DNA of 60,928 nt, counting the filler. It is 4 parts of 4 records of this genome, joined end to end, with 100 filler letters (N's around TTAATTAATTAA, not from the genome) between each part and the next. Parts side by side here need not be neighbours in the genome. Positions count along the whole stretch, not along the records: positions 13,432 to 44,925 come from SRR20825006_96; 3 more parts are not named here. One strand, given 5' to 3'. Of this stretch, positions 26,926 to 37,181 are shown piece after piece. The position numbers and the translations under genes are program-made. The number at the start of each line of letters is the position of its first letter. Within the stretch, counting starts at the first letter, position 1. The notes under the pieces were generated by a model. That model saw only the letters and a list, made by a program, of their open reading frames with translations, made no database searches and was not told the DNA's origin.

Positions 26926-29253
26926 GTGGTAAGTTATATTTCGAATTTCGTCATAAGATTTCCCAGAATCATTCTGGCAATCGCTTTTCTGGTCACATCG
27001 GGGGCGGCTTATTTCGGCGTGACAGGTGTCTCGTTGAAGGTCGTTATCGAAGATATGCTGCCTGCAAACCATTCGAATGTCGAACTCTATAAGGAGTTCC
27101 GGAGTCAGTTTGGTGGAGTCAATAATGTCCTTGTCGAAGTCGAAAATAAAGCAGGCGACATCTACAATTCGGACTTTCTTGAAACGTATCGGGAAGTATC
27201 AGACGAGTTCTATTTTCACGATAACAATATCCGCCCTCTGTTTGAGGCGGCCAATCTCCGGAAGACGAGATCGGTGGCCGGCGGGGAGGGGCAAATTCTG
27301 GTCAGTCCTCTTATGTGGCCGGAAGTGCCCCGCTCTGAGTCTGATATGGAGCATTTCAAACAAATCGTCAGGGGGCAGTTTCTCGGCTCATTGGTCTCAC
27401 TGGATGAGCATTCAATGCTTATTTCTGCCGAGCTTTCAGAGGAGGTGGATTCTCGGGAGTTTGTCGCCTTTATTGACAATCTAAAATCAGAATTCTCGAC
27501 GAAAGATGTAAAAATATCAGTCGTTGGCAGGCCCGTACTTCTGGGCACGGTTAAGAAATATCTGCCTCATATGCTGTTGGTTTTTGCGGCCTCTGTGCTG
27601 GCTATCGCTGCCGTCCTATTTTTCTATTTCAGGTCCTGGGTGGGCGTTGCTGTTCCAATGCTCGTGGCCTTCGCCGTCACGATTTGGGGCTTTGGCGTCA
27701 TTGGCTTGGTCGGTTACAATCTTGATCCCCTGTTGCTCTTGCTCCCATTCTTCGTCTTCGCCACTGTTTTATCCCATTCAGTTCAATTCGTTTCGCGCGT
27801 TTTCGATGAAATCGAAAATAGTGCCACCATGCGTGACGCAGTAAAAGAAGGCCTTGAGCGCCTTCTGTTCCCGAGCACTGCGGCTGTGATTACCGATGCA
27901 GCTGGATTTACGGTTCTGGCTCTGGTGACTATCCCAAGCATACAGTCGCTTGCCTTCATTTGCACGTTTTGGCTTCTAACGCTGACCCCGGGAATTATTG
28001 TTGCTGCGGCGTTCATGGCGGTCCTTCGGAAGCCGACAAAATTCCGCACCACCTTACCCGGTCAAGCCGTATTGGCCAAAATTTTTGGGCTGAAAGCGTC
28101 CAGATATGTATTCCTCCCGGCTTTTGTCGCTGCGTTGATTGCGGGCATTTTCATTTCGCAGGGGCTAAAAATAGGTGACGCAGAAGGGAGCCCGATCCTG
28201 TGGAAAGATTCCCAATACAACAAAGATGTCAAAAAAATCAACTCGAGCTTTGACCGTGTCGGTACGGATGTAATGCAGGCCTATTTCTCCGGTGATGGAG
28301 AGATAATGCTAGATCCGCGTGTGTATCATCAGATCGAAGCATTTGATCGCTATATTTACGAACGAGTTCTTCCCGCAACTCGCGCACAAAGCCTTGTTCC
28401 AATTGTAAAAAATATCAACATGGTTTTGTGGGAAGGGGACCCTTCATACCAAACAATTCCTGATACAGAAGAAGAAATAGGGTTTAACATTTACATGTTC
28501 CGGTCTGGCGGTGAGCCAGGAGACTTTGCCGCCTATACGAACCCGGAATGGAGCATCGGTAAGCTCTCAATTTATACGGGGGAGCATAGTGCTGACACCG
28601 TGAATGCGTTGATGGCGGCGGGCCATGAATTTCTAAACACCTATCAGTTTTCAGATGGGGAGCCGCGTGTGAGGTTCGCCGGCGGACAGATCGGTATAAT
28701 TAAGGCGAGTAACGACGAGATCGAGCACAAAGAAAATGTACTCCTTATTGCCATTATCATCGTTATCGCAGTTAACCTGCTCTGGCTATATCGATCACCC
28801 GCAGTCGCAGTCGTGATCATACTTGTACTGACGACATCTCACTTTATCACCATGAGTGTCATGACGCTTATGGACGTGGGGATGAACTTGAATACGCTGC
28901 CGCTTGCTGCGTTGGGTTTGGGCCGTGGTGTTGATTACAGCATCTACATGGCAGACCGGATACGCGACGAAATGAGGCACGGCCATGAATTCGCGAAGGC
29001 GGCGGGCCGGGCGTTCAACACGTCTGGTATTGCCGTGATAGTTACGGCACTGACGATGATACTGCCGCTATTGCCGTGGTACTTCCTGTCTCCGATCAGG
29101 TTCCAAGCCGAGATGGGCGTTCTGTTGGCGATCATCTTGATGTTCAACATGGTGGGGGCGCTCACTGTTGTGCCTGCAGCAATCGGCTTGCTGAAGCCAC
29201 GGGGATTTCCGTTTAGCACACAGAAGAAAATAGTCAGGGCGATGGTTGGTTAG
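26926..29253 (+). CDS. Stand-alone RND/MMPL-family inner-membrane transporter
   Basis: Two repeats of 1 TM + periplasmic loop + 5 TM; SHSVQF in the first half, GLGRGVDYSIY in the second, FQAEMG. Confidence 0.9.
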   Translation: MVSYISNFVIRFPRIILAIAFLVTSGAAYFGVTGVSLKVVIEDMLPANHSNVELYKEFRSQFGGVNNVLVEVENKAGDIYNSDFLETYREVSDEFYFHDNNIRPLFEAANLRKTRSVAGGEGQILVSPLMWPEVPRSESDMEHFKQIVRGQFLGSLVSLDEHSMLISAELSEEVDSREFVAFIDNLKSEFSTKDVKISVVGRPVLLGTVKKYLPHMLLVFAASVLAIAAVLFFYFRSWVGVAVPMLVAFAVTIWGFGVIGLVGYNLDPLLLLLPFFVFATVLSHSVQFVSRVFDEIENSATMRDAVKEGLERLLFPSTAAVITDAAGFTVLALVTIPSIQSLAFICTFWLLTLTPGIIVAAAFMAVLRKPTKFRTTLPGQAVLAKIFGLKASRYVFLPAFVAALIAGIFISQGLKIGDAEGSPILWKDSQYNKDVKKINSSFDRVGTDVMQAYFSGDGEIMLDPRVYHQIEAFDRYIYERVLPATRAQSLVPIVKNINMVLWEGDPSYQTIPDTEEEIGFNIYMFRSGGEPGDFAAYTNPEWSIGKLSIYTGEHSADTVNALMAAGHEFLNTYQFSDGEPRVRFAGGQIGIIKASNDEIEHKENVLLIAIIIVIAVNLLWLYRSPAVAVVIILVLTTSHFITMSVMTLMDVGMNLNTLPLAALGLGRGVDYSIYMADRIRDEMRHGHEFAKAAGRAFNTSGIAVIVTALTMILPLLPWYFLSPIRFQAEMGVLLAIILMFNMVGALTVVPAAIGLLKPRGFPFSTQKKIVRAMVG

Positions 29254-29312
29254 ATTGAGGGCGATAGAGCCTGGCTGCGCATCGGGAAAAATAGAAAGTG
29301 AGGGAGAGAAAG

Positions 29313-31235
29313 ATGAATACCAAGAATAAAAAAACTAAAACTAAGTCGCAAAAGCTATGCCTGCTCGGGGCTACAGCATTTTCCACAGTCCTTATGATGC
29401 CGCTGGCAGCGAATGCCGAGTCATTGGCTGAAGCGCTGAACCTGCCCGACAATGTCTGGGTGGGCGGACGTCTGACGCAAGGGACGGGCGTCTATTTTGA
29501 CCGGTATGGTGGTGGAACTGGAGTGGGGCCTTCCCAGTTTGTAGCGCAGCTTCAGGCTGAGTGGACTCCCAATAGCAACGTGACGGTCGTTTCCGATTTT
29601 TGGCTGCGCGGCGATTGGTACTATGATCTTGATGATGGAGATTCAACCGGGCCTGGCACGCAAGACTTTACTAAAGGCCCTCCGTTTCTAGATCGCTTTG
29701 ATTTTTTACTCTCGCAGGATGGGGCGCTCACGCTTCCTGAACCGTTTGGTAATAGCGGTGAAGAAAATCGCATACTCGATGATTTCGAGCAGGATGTGAT
29801 TAGAGAGCTGTCGATAGCGTTTGCTGATTCAGAGGGACGCGCGTCTCTAAAAGTCGGAAAGTTTCAGCGAGGGTGGGGGCAAGCAGATGGTCTGCGCCTT
29901 CTTGATATTCTGAACCCACAGGATCTCCGCCAAAGGAGTATATTTACAGACACCGAGGATTTGCGGATACCTCAGTGGAGTGCTGCCCTATCTTTGGATA
30001 TTGACCAGCTTGGCCTGGCTGCTCCTTTTGAGGGGTTAGGACTGAAGGATCCATCACTGGAAGTGATCTATACTCCGGTGGTGCGCCATTCCGAATTCAT
30101 CGTGAATAATCCCACGCCGAATTCCAGCACGTCCGGAGGGCCCTTCGGACTGCCCTTTCCGAGATTGGTGGAAGGGCAGTCCGGTTTTGGAATGCCTTTG
30201 TTGGGAGCAAAGCTGTCGGACAAGGAAACAGATGACTGGGAAGATTCCGAGGTCGGCATGCGGCTAAAATTCGATGTCCTTGGCGGGCAGGGGACAGTTA
30301 ATGGTTTTTACGGTTTTCAGGATCTGCCGATAGGCGTCAACACCGGTGCAACAGTTCATATTGGCACATTTATCGGAGATCCAAATGCAGCGGGCGTTGT
30401 CAATGTGCCCATTGATCTCCCAACCACCATAGGTGCGATGAATGCGCCGGGTCAGTACGTTGATTTCATCCAGTCTCTAGCAGCTGGGACTGCGGCGCCA
30501 GGGGACTTTCCTTTAATTCCGTTCGGCTGCCTTGATATTCTGGATCCGGCGGCGGGAGGGGTGCCGTGTTCTATTACTGCAGATTTTGACCTCGATTACA
30601 CACTCCGGCAAAAGACCGTCGGTTTTTCATTCACACGCGATATGACGGAGTTCCGATTCGGTCGAAAGGATGTCTCTCCGGTACTGCGTTTGGAGGCGGC
30701 ATACGAGTTTGACAAACCCTTCAACAAGGGGGTGATTCAGAACCCCTTTGTGCCCGGGCGTGTGACCGTCGGAACACCAGCTCTCATTACTACCCGTGAC
30801 GACACAATCGCGAGACGAGATCAGCTGTCTGTCTTGGTCGGATTTGATTATAATTTCTGGGTGCCGGGGTGGGAATCCCAGCGCAGTTCGATTTTTATGA
30901 CAACTCAGTTTTTCGAGATCCATACCGAAGATGCTGATGGGCTCCTGTTTCAGGCGCCTTACGCGCTCACAAATGTTGAGGAGAACCAGGAGTTCTTAAC
31001 TCAGACGTACACGAAGGGGTTCTTTAACGACAAGGTGACTCTGGATGGCTTGGCGATCTGGGACATGGACAAAGGTGGCGTTGCAATAAGGCAGAGAATA
31101 GATTTCTCCGTAGGAGGAGGAAACTGGAAGCCCCGAATTGAAGTGGGCTACTTTAGCGGGAAGGATGAGCAGGGCCTTTTGGGGCTCTATAACAAATCAG
31201 ACTACGTTGAGTTTTCTCTGACTTACCAATTCTAG
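29313..31235 (+). CDS. Outer-membrane beta-barrel, DUF1302-like
   Basis: Signal peptide (ANA-E), KVGK.Q..WGQADG.R.LD..NP.D motif, C-terminal beta-signal VEFSLTYQF. Confidence 0.75.
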   Translation: MNTKNKKTKTKSQKLCLLGATAFSTVLMMPLAANAESLAEALNLPDNVWVGGRLTQGTGVYFDRYGGGTGVGPSQFVAQLQAEWTPNSNVTVVSDFWLRGDWYYDLDDGDSTGPGTQDFTKGPPFLDRFDFLLSQDGALTLPEPFGNSGEENRILDDFEQDVIRELSIAFADSEGRASLKVGKFQRGWGQADGLRLLDILNPQDLRQRSIFTDTEDLRIPQWSAALSLDIDQLGLAAPFEGLGLKDPSLEVIYTPVVRHSEFIVNNPTPNSSTSGGPFGLPFPRLVEGQSGFGMPLLGAKLSDKETDDWEDSEVGMRLKFDVLGGQGTVNGFYGFQDLPIGVNTGATVHIGTFIGDPNAAGVVNVPIDLPTTIGAMNAPGQYVDFIQSLAAGTAAPGDFPLIPFGCLDILDPAAGGVPCSITADFDLDYTLRQKTVGFSFTRDMTEFRFGRKDVSPVLRLEAAYEFDKPFNKGVIQNPFVPGRVTVGTPALITTRDDTIARRDQLSVLVGFDYNFWVPGWESQRSSIFMTTQFFEIHTEDADGLLFQAPYALTNVEENQEFLTQTYTKGFFNDKVTLDGLAIWDMDKGGVAIRQRIDFSVGGGNWKPRIEVGYFSGKDEQGLLGLYNKSDYVEFSLTYQF

Positions 31236-31287
31236 AGAAACATAACGATAACGCAAAGATGTCTGGTTCTTGATGATGGAGAAGAAA

Positions 31288-32703
31288 ATGAAACGGCTAA
31301 GCTTGAAAAGCTTTCTGATCGGAGCGACGGCGCTTATGGCAGTTGCGACTGCTGCAACGCCCGTAGCGAATGCACAAGAAGATTATATCGAGCGCTGGAA
31401 GGCGTTTGCCAAGGAGACGGGCTTGCCCGAACACAAAGCCTGGGCTGATATGCTCGACAATGATGAGACCCGAAAACTCGAGAAAGAGTGGAAGGATTTC
31501 AGAGGTTACACGGCCTCGAGCCTCATAGAGGACGCCGATATTCCGGGCGAGCTAAAACCAGGGTTAATCATCACGAAAGACAACCTGGCGTCAATGCCTT
31601 GGTTGTCAGACTATCTTCCAAAGTTCTGGATTGATCGGCTCAATAGTGAGTGGATGGGTGTCAAGGGTATCCGCATTGTTCCCACGAACCATTATTATAT
31701 GCAGAAAGCTCTGCTAGATGCGACCAAGAAGCTGGGCAAAGATCCCTTCACGATTAATGAAAAGGGCGAGTTGGTAGACAGGGACGGAAAGAATGGCGTT
31801 CTCACAAAGAGCGGATTGCCTTTCCTGACACCAAAAAATGGTGATGAACTAAACTGGTTGTTCAATGCGCACGGCGTGGGAACAGAAGATCTCTGGTTCA
31901 ACCCGGTACTGATGACCGGCTGTAGCTCCAGCAATAAGGTCGAACGCTCTTACACAGGCAATATGTGGTGGCGCAAGATGGCGGGTAGAGTTGGTAAAAC
32001 TCCGCTCGGTAATGTTCCGGGATATGAAGGTGTCACCGAAGCGGGTTCTTTGCTACTAACTTCGCCTAGGGATGTGCGAGGATTAGCCGGTGTCCGACTT
32101 CGGTACGCGGATGCTGACAAAGATGACAACTTCAAGATTTTCATCCCTACGCTCCGTCGTACTCGCACTCTTACTGGTACCAATGGCCAAGATCCAATTG
32201 CTCCGTCGCTGGAGCTCACTTGGGATGAATGGCGTAGTCAGTGGACCAAAACTGATAAACGCAAATTCAAGTACACCATGGTTAAAGAGGGCTTCGTATT
32301 AGCCGCACCGGAGGTTGGTGCAGCATACGATCCTTATCGTCCGGATGAGGCGCATTGCGCTTTGACGGGAATTGTCGACATGGAGCTGAGGCCGGTATGG
32401 GTTTATGATATCGATGATCGCACCAACAGCTACCAGTACTCCAAAAAACGCATTTGGGTAGATAAGGAACTCTACTATACCCAGTGGGTGGAAATGTACG
32501 ATCGTCGGGGTAACCTATGGCGGACTTGGGACGATTCACGCTGGTGGCAGCCCACAACGGGACTCGCAATGTGGCGTTCAGTGATCATTCCAAACGTGAT
32601 TTCACAGCGTCACACAATTCTCAGTATAACGTCAGATTGGGACAAAGTTGATCAGATGGACAACTCATTGTTCGACGTCGATAAGTTGAGGGATAGACGC
32701 TAA
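31288..32703 (+). CDS. DUF1329 family periplasmic protein (LolA-like fold predicted for the family)
   Basis: Signal peptide (ANA-Q), GLPF..P..G.E..W, P.LRR.R, YSK.R.WVD.E.Y......YDRRG.LWR motifs. Confidence 0.82.
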   Translation: MKRLSLKSFLIGATALMAVATAATPVANAQEDYIERWKAFAKETGLPEHKAWADMLDNDETRKLEKEWKDFRGYTASSLIEDADIPGELKPGLIITKDNLASMPWLSDYLPKFWIDRLNSEWMGVKGIRIVPTNHYYMQKALLDATKKLGKDPFTINEKGELVDRDGKNGVLTKSGLPFLTPKNGDELNWLFNAHGVGTEDLWFNPVLMTGCSSSNKVERSYTGNMWWRKMAGRVGKTPLGNVPGYEGVTEAGSLLLTSPRDVRGLAGVRLRYADADKDDNFKIFIPTLRRTRTLTGTNGQDPIAPSLELTWDEWRSQWTKTDKRKFKYTMVKEGFVLAAPEVGAAYDPYRPDEAHCALTGIVDMELRPVWVYDIDDRTNSYQYSKKRIWVDKELYYTQWVEMYDRRGNLWRTWDDSRWWQPTTGLAMWRSVIIPNVISQRHTILSITSDWDKVDQMDNSLFDVDKLRDRR

Positions 32704-32876
32704 TCAGAATCGGGTTGGCATCGATTAGGTTGCCAACCCGAGACCTGTTGTCAGGCGCCATTTCATAAAAAAATTGGGGACAATCCCTTATAGGCTGCTG
32801 GACCGATTTTGGTTGAGCGGTGTTCATGACCACAAGGACGGTAAGATGGAATTCTACCGTATTGGAAGACATTTGT

Positions 32877-34763
32877 ATGGGAAATTATAGAGCGACATAC
32901 CAAAAATGGGAATCGGCGCCTGATGAATTTTGGGAAGAAGCCTCCCATGCTGTTGAATGGCACAGACCTTACGACGTACTTAGAGAATCGAAAGGTCATA
33001 CGACCCGCTGGTTCGTGGGCGCCGAATGCAATATCTGCTGGAATGCATTGGACCGTCATGTGCGCGATGGCCGCGGAGATGACTTGGCGCTGATTTACGA
33101 TAGCGCAATGACGGGAGCCGTACGGAAGTATACCTATTCTGAACTGCTCGATGAGGTTGGTGTACTTGCGGCCGTGCTGAAAGAGCGTGGGGTGAATGCT
33201 GGCGATCGGGTCTTGATTTACATGCCAATGGTTCCCGAGGCTGTGATTGCGATGCTTGCGACGGCGCGCATCGGAGCAGTCCATGTGGTCGTATTCGGGG
33301 GGTTCGCAGCTAGAGAGCTTGCCACTCGAATCGAGGACGCGACGCCAAGAATTGTGTTGTCAGCGTCCTGCGGGCTCGAGCCTGGTCGTATCGTTGAGTA
33401 CAAGCCTCTCCTTGATGAGGCGATCAGGCTCAGCCCGCACAAACCTGAGTGTTCAATCATTTTCCAGCGTTCTAGCAGGACGTGCGAGCTTGAGCATGAG
33501 CGGGACTTCGACTGGGCCGCCCTGGTTGAAACCGCAAGAACGGCTGGCGAGAGAGCCGAATGTGTGAGCGTGGCGTCTACCGACCCGCTATACATTCTGC
33601 ATACATCGGGGACGACTGGAAAGCCGAAGGGTATTGTCAGGGATCACGGGGGGTATGCGGTCGCTCTCAAATGGTCGATGGAATATGTATACAATGTCAA
33701 ACCGGGAGAGGTGTTCTGGGCCGCATCGGATGTAGGATGGGTCGTCGGTCATTCGTATATTGTGTATGGTCCGCTTCTTAACGCCAGTACGACAATACTG
33801 TTTGAAGGAAAGCCGGTCGGAACACCAGACGCTGCAACCTTTTGGAGGGTGATTGAGCGGCACCGGGTTAATACGCTCTTCACGGCACCCACGGCGTTCA
33901 GGGCGATCAAGAAAGTCGACCCAGCAGGCTCATTACTTTCCGGTTACGATCATTCCAGTTTCAGACAGCTGTTTCTTGCGGGTGAACGAGCAGATCCTGA
34001 CACGATCCAGTGGGCAGAGCGTCTCCTTGATGTACCAGTCGTAGATCACTGGTGGCAGACTGAAACAGGGTGGCCGATTGCAGCCAATCCGTTGGGAATA
34101 GAACAGCTGCCAACAGAATATGGTTCTAGTACAGTTCCTATGCCTGGATTTGATGTTCGCATTGTGGATGAGAGCGGCTCTGAAATGCCGCAAGGTGGGC
34201 ACGGAGCTATTGTCATAAAGCTGCCGCTTCCACCGGGGTGTTTGCTGTCACTGTGGGAAGACGATGAGGCATTTCTAAAATCATACTTTGAGGAATACCC
34301 CGGATACTACAAGACTGGGGATGCCGGATACATAGACGATAAGGGCTACATCTTCGTCATGAGCCGCGTTGACGACATTATTAACGTTGCGGGTCATCGC
34401 CTGTCCACTGGTGCAATCGAGGAAGTGGTGGCGGCCCATCCAGATGTCGCGGAGTGCGCCGTTATTGGAGTTGCAGATTCTTTGAAGGGAGAATTACCAA
34501 TTGGGCTCATCGTTTTGAACGATGGGGTCACGCGTGCAGAGGAAGAAATTACGAGAGAAATCGTAAACTTGGTGAGAACCGAAATTGGTCCGGTGACTGC
34601 CTTCAAGCGTGTCATCGTTGTCGATCAACTTCCAAAAACAAGGTCGGGAAAAATTCTACGGAGAACGATCAAGAGCATTGCGGAGTCGCAAGACTATGTC
34701 GTCCCCGCGACAATCGATGATCCGCAGGTATTGAAGGATATCACATCAGCCATTGCTCGGTAG
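32877..34763 (+). CDS. prpE: Propionyl-CoA synthetase / short-chain acyl-CoA synthetase
   Basis: DPLYILHTSGTTGKPKGIVRDHGG, DHWWQTETGW, LPKTRSGKILR; start reassigned to MGNYRA. Confidence 0.9.
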   Translation: MGNYRATYQKWESAPDEFWEEASHAVEWHRPYDVLRESKGHTTRWFVGAECNICWNALDRHVRDGRGDDLALIYDSAMTGAVRKYTYSELLDEVGVLAAVLKERGVNAGDRVLIYMPMVPEAVIAMLATARIGAVHVVVFGGFAARELATRIEDATPRIVLSASCGLEPGRIVEYKPLLDEAIRLSPHKPECSIIFQRSSRTCELEHERDFDWAALVETARTAGERAECVSVASTDPLYILHTSGTTGKPKGIVRDHGGYAVALKWSMEYVYNVKPGEVFWAASDVGWVVGHSYIVYGPLLNASTTILFEGKPVGTPDAATFWRVIERHRVNTLFTAPTAFRAIKKVDPAGSLLSGYDHSSFRQLFLAGERADPDTIQWAERLLDVPVVDHWWQTETGWPIAANPLGIEQLPTEYGSSTVPMPGFDVRIVDESGSEMPQGGHGAIVIKLPLPPGCLLSLWEDDEAFLKSYFEEYPGYYKTGDAGYIDDKGYIFVMSRVDDIINVAGHRLSTGAIEEVVAAHPDVAECAVIGVADSLKGELPIGLIVLNDGVTRAEEEITREIVNLVRTEIGPVTAFKRVIVVDQLPKTRSGKILRRTIKSIAESQDYVVPATIDDPQVLKDITSAIAR

Positions 34764-34854
34764 GCCGTATCCGACCTCACCACAATGGCAAATGTCTTGG
34801 CGCCCACAAATGAGTAATTTTTGAACCTGGAATTGACGCCAGAAAGGAAAAAAC

Positions 34855-35838
34855 ATGAAAGCGTATGTCTACGAAAATACGGGGCCCGCTGCGGACGTAT
34901 TGACGCTGCGCGAGATGGTGATGCCGGTGCCTGGGGCCGGCGAAGTTCGGGTGCGGTTAAAATGGTCGGGTGTGAACCCTTCTGATGTCAAAACCCGCAG
35001 TGGGCACATCCCCTCCACAATCCCATTTCCACGCATTCCTCATAGCGACGGAGCCGGACTGGTCGATATGATTGGTGATGGCGTTGACGATTTTAAGCCA
35101 GGCGATGCGGTTTGGGTCTGGAATGCCGCATGGAACAGAAGCAATGGAACTGCGGCTGAATTCGTTGTGCTGCCTTCTGAGCAGGTCGAGCATATGCCGG
35201 ACGGGTTGGCGCTTGAGAACGGTGCATGTCTCGGCATTCCTGCAATGACCGCCTGTCATGCCGTCGCAACTGACGGAGGAGTTCAGGGGCAGATTGTCCT
35301 CGTCGCGGGTGGCGCGGGTGCGGTTGGCCATTACGCGATTCAGGCGGCAAAATTTTGTGGTGCCAGAATTGTCATTGCGACAGTCAGCAGTGAGGAGAAG
35401 GAGGCCCTAGCGAGGCGCGCAGGAGCAGATTTTGTATTCAACTACAAAACAGACACGCTGGTCGATGAAATCAACAAGGTTACGGACCATCGGGGCGTCG
35501 ACCGGATTATCGAAGTAGACCTGGCTGCCAACATTCAAACAGACGTGGCGATTATGAAAGAGGGGGGGCTGGCCGTCATCTATGGCAGCAGTCAAAAAGA
35601 AATCGCCTTGCCTTTCTCGCCGTCCATCGGGCGCAATATCTGTTATCGCTTTTTCATCGTGTACAAATTATCCAGGTCAGATAGGCAAAGAGCCCTGTTG
35701 GTGCTCCAAGACATGCTTAAGGACAAGAACGTCCTGCATAATATTGCAAAAAAAGTGAGCTTTGCAAATCTCGTGGAAGCCCATGAACTGGTTGAGAGCG
35801 GAGCGTTGCCGGGCAATGTCGTTTTGAGAATTGAATAG
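34855..35838 (+). CDS. NADPH:quinone reductase-like MDR (zeta-crystallin subfamily)
   Basis: SGVNPSDVK.R, RIPHSDGAG, LGIPA.TA, GGAGAVG; no Zn ligands. Confidence 0.88.
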   Translation: MKAYVYENTGPAADVLTLREMVMPVPGAGEVRVRLKWSGVNPSDVKTRSGHIPSTIPFPRIPHSDGAGLVDMIGDGVDDFKPGDAVWVWNAAWNRSNGTAAEFVVLPSEQVEHMPDGLALENGACLGIPAMTACHAVATDGGVQGQIVLVAGGAGAVGHYAIQAAKFCGARIVIATVSSEEKEALARRAGADFVFNYKTDTLVDEINKVTDHRGVDRIIEVDLAANIQTDVAIMKEGGLAVIYGSSQKEIALPFSPSIGRNICYRFFIVYKLSRSDRQRALLVLQDMLKDKNVLHNIAKKVSFANLVEAHELVESGALPGNVVLRIE

Positions 35839-35972
35839 TTCGGCGGAGAGCTATGCGGTCAAGTTATTTGGAGCAGCAGGATACCTCCCGAGGGGCTTTC
35901 CGGACTTGCTTTTTGGAACCGGCCTTCACGGACGCACAGAGACAATTTTGATTTCTGATTTCGGAAAAAATC

Positions 35973-37013
35973 ATGCAACAAAGAAGCTCACAATTCTTGA
36001 CTGTCGGCTCTACCCGAATTCACGCCGTGTGCGAAGGCGAAGGCCCACTAGTCATACTCGTTCACGGCTTTCCGGAATCCTGGTATTCGTGGCGCCACCA
36101 GCTTTCAGCTTTAGCCGAGGCCGGTTACCGGGCCGTTGCCATTGATCTAAGAGGCTATGGGCGATCATCCAAATTCTTGGACTCCGAATATTATCTGATC
36201 AAGTCTGTTGTCGAGGACATCGTGGGTGTGGTCAGGGCGTTAGGTGCCTCAAGTGCCGTTGTCGTTGGGCATGACTGGGGGGCAATGATTGCCTGGACAG
36301 CGGCCTGGTTGCATCCTGAAATCTTCCGTGGCGTTGTGGGGCTTGCAATTCCTTTCTCTGGGCGCGGGCTAATTGCTTTGCCTGGCTCTCCTTTCGGTGA
36401 ACGCTCTCCAGAAGATATTCACAAAGAATTGGCTGGACCAGACCAACAATTCTATCAGGACTATTTTGGTTCGCTGGCACCGGCCATACGGGAATTCGAA
36501 GAAGATTCGGGTGGTTGGATCCGCGACGTTCTGTGGGCCTTTTCAGGCGAGAGTATGAAGGCTGCGGGTTTGTCTGGCCTATTGGATTTACCGCAAGTGG
36601 ACATCATACGTGCGAGTGCCCTTAGTATACCGTTTGGTGCTCGAATGCGGGACAAAATGCATGCGCCCGCCGATCTTCCGGTCTGGTTGAGAACGGATGA
36701 TCTGGAGTTCTATACGCAGGAATTCGAGCGGTCCGGAATGATAGGGCCTTTTTCCTACTATCGAAGTATTCAAAAGAGTTGGGAGCAGCTTGCGTCACAT
36801 GACGGCACTCAGCTTCGTCCACCTGCGATGTTTATTGGAGGAGAGTGCGATGTCACGACAGGATGGGGACTAGAGGCAATTGATCGTGTAGGTGAGTTCG
36901 TTCCGAATTATGTCGGGTCACACATTCTGTCCGGATGCGGTCATTGGATCCAACAAGAACGGCCTGAGGAAGTAAATGAATTGGTTTTGAGATTCATGAG
37001 AGAGCTTGTTTGA
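35973..37013 (+). CDS. Epoxide hydrolase (alpha/beta hydrolase, EphA/EphB-like)
   Basis: HGFPE, GYGRS, GHDWGA nucleophile Asp, lid FYQ.YF and YYR tyrosines, GHW.QQE. Confidence 0.9.
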   Translation: MQQRSSQFLTVGSTRIHAVCEGEGPLVILVHGFPESWYSWRHQLSALAEAGYRAVAIDLRGYGRSSKFLDSEYYLIKSVVEDIVGVVRALGASSAVVVGHDWGAMIAWTAAWLHPEIFRGVVGLAIPFSGRGLIALPGSPFGERSPEDIHKELAGPDQQFYQDYFGSLAPAIREFEEDSGGWIRDVLWAFSGESMKAAGLSGLLDLPQVDIIRASALSIPFGARMRDKMHAPADLPVWLRTDDLEFYTQEFERSGMIGPFSYYRSIQKSWEQLASHDGTQLRPPAMFIGGECDVTTGWGLEAIDRVGEFVPNYVGSHILSGCGHWIQQERPEEVNELVLRFMRELV

Positions 37014-37181
37014 GGCGCGCTACGCGGAAGTGCGTACGCTAACGTGCGCCTGGAGTATCGCCCGAGCGAACATTTTATCAGGCGCTTGGGCAAAGGATAC
37101 TGAACACGAATTTTCGGGCGTGCGTGGGACTCTATAGCCTAGACGGGATGCTGAGAAATTGGGAAGGAATCCTGAATTTTG

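Noticed and set aside
26926-29253. AcrB-type solvent efflux pump
   Set aside because: Only 775 aa with small periplasmic loops and no MFP or TolC partner; MMPL-like motifs
34855-35838. Calling the MDR protein AcuI (acryloyl-CoA reductase)
   Set aside because: Its motifs (GVNPSD, PHSDGAG) fit the zeta-crystallin/quinone reductase subfamily rather than YhdH/AcuI; kept only as a testable idea
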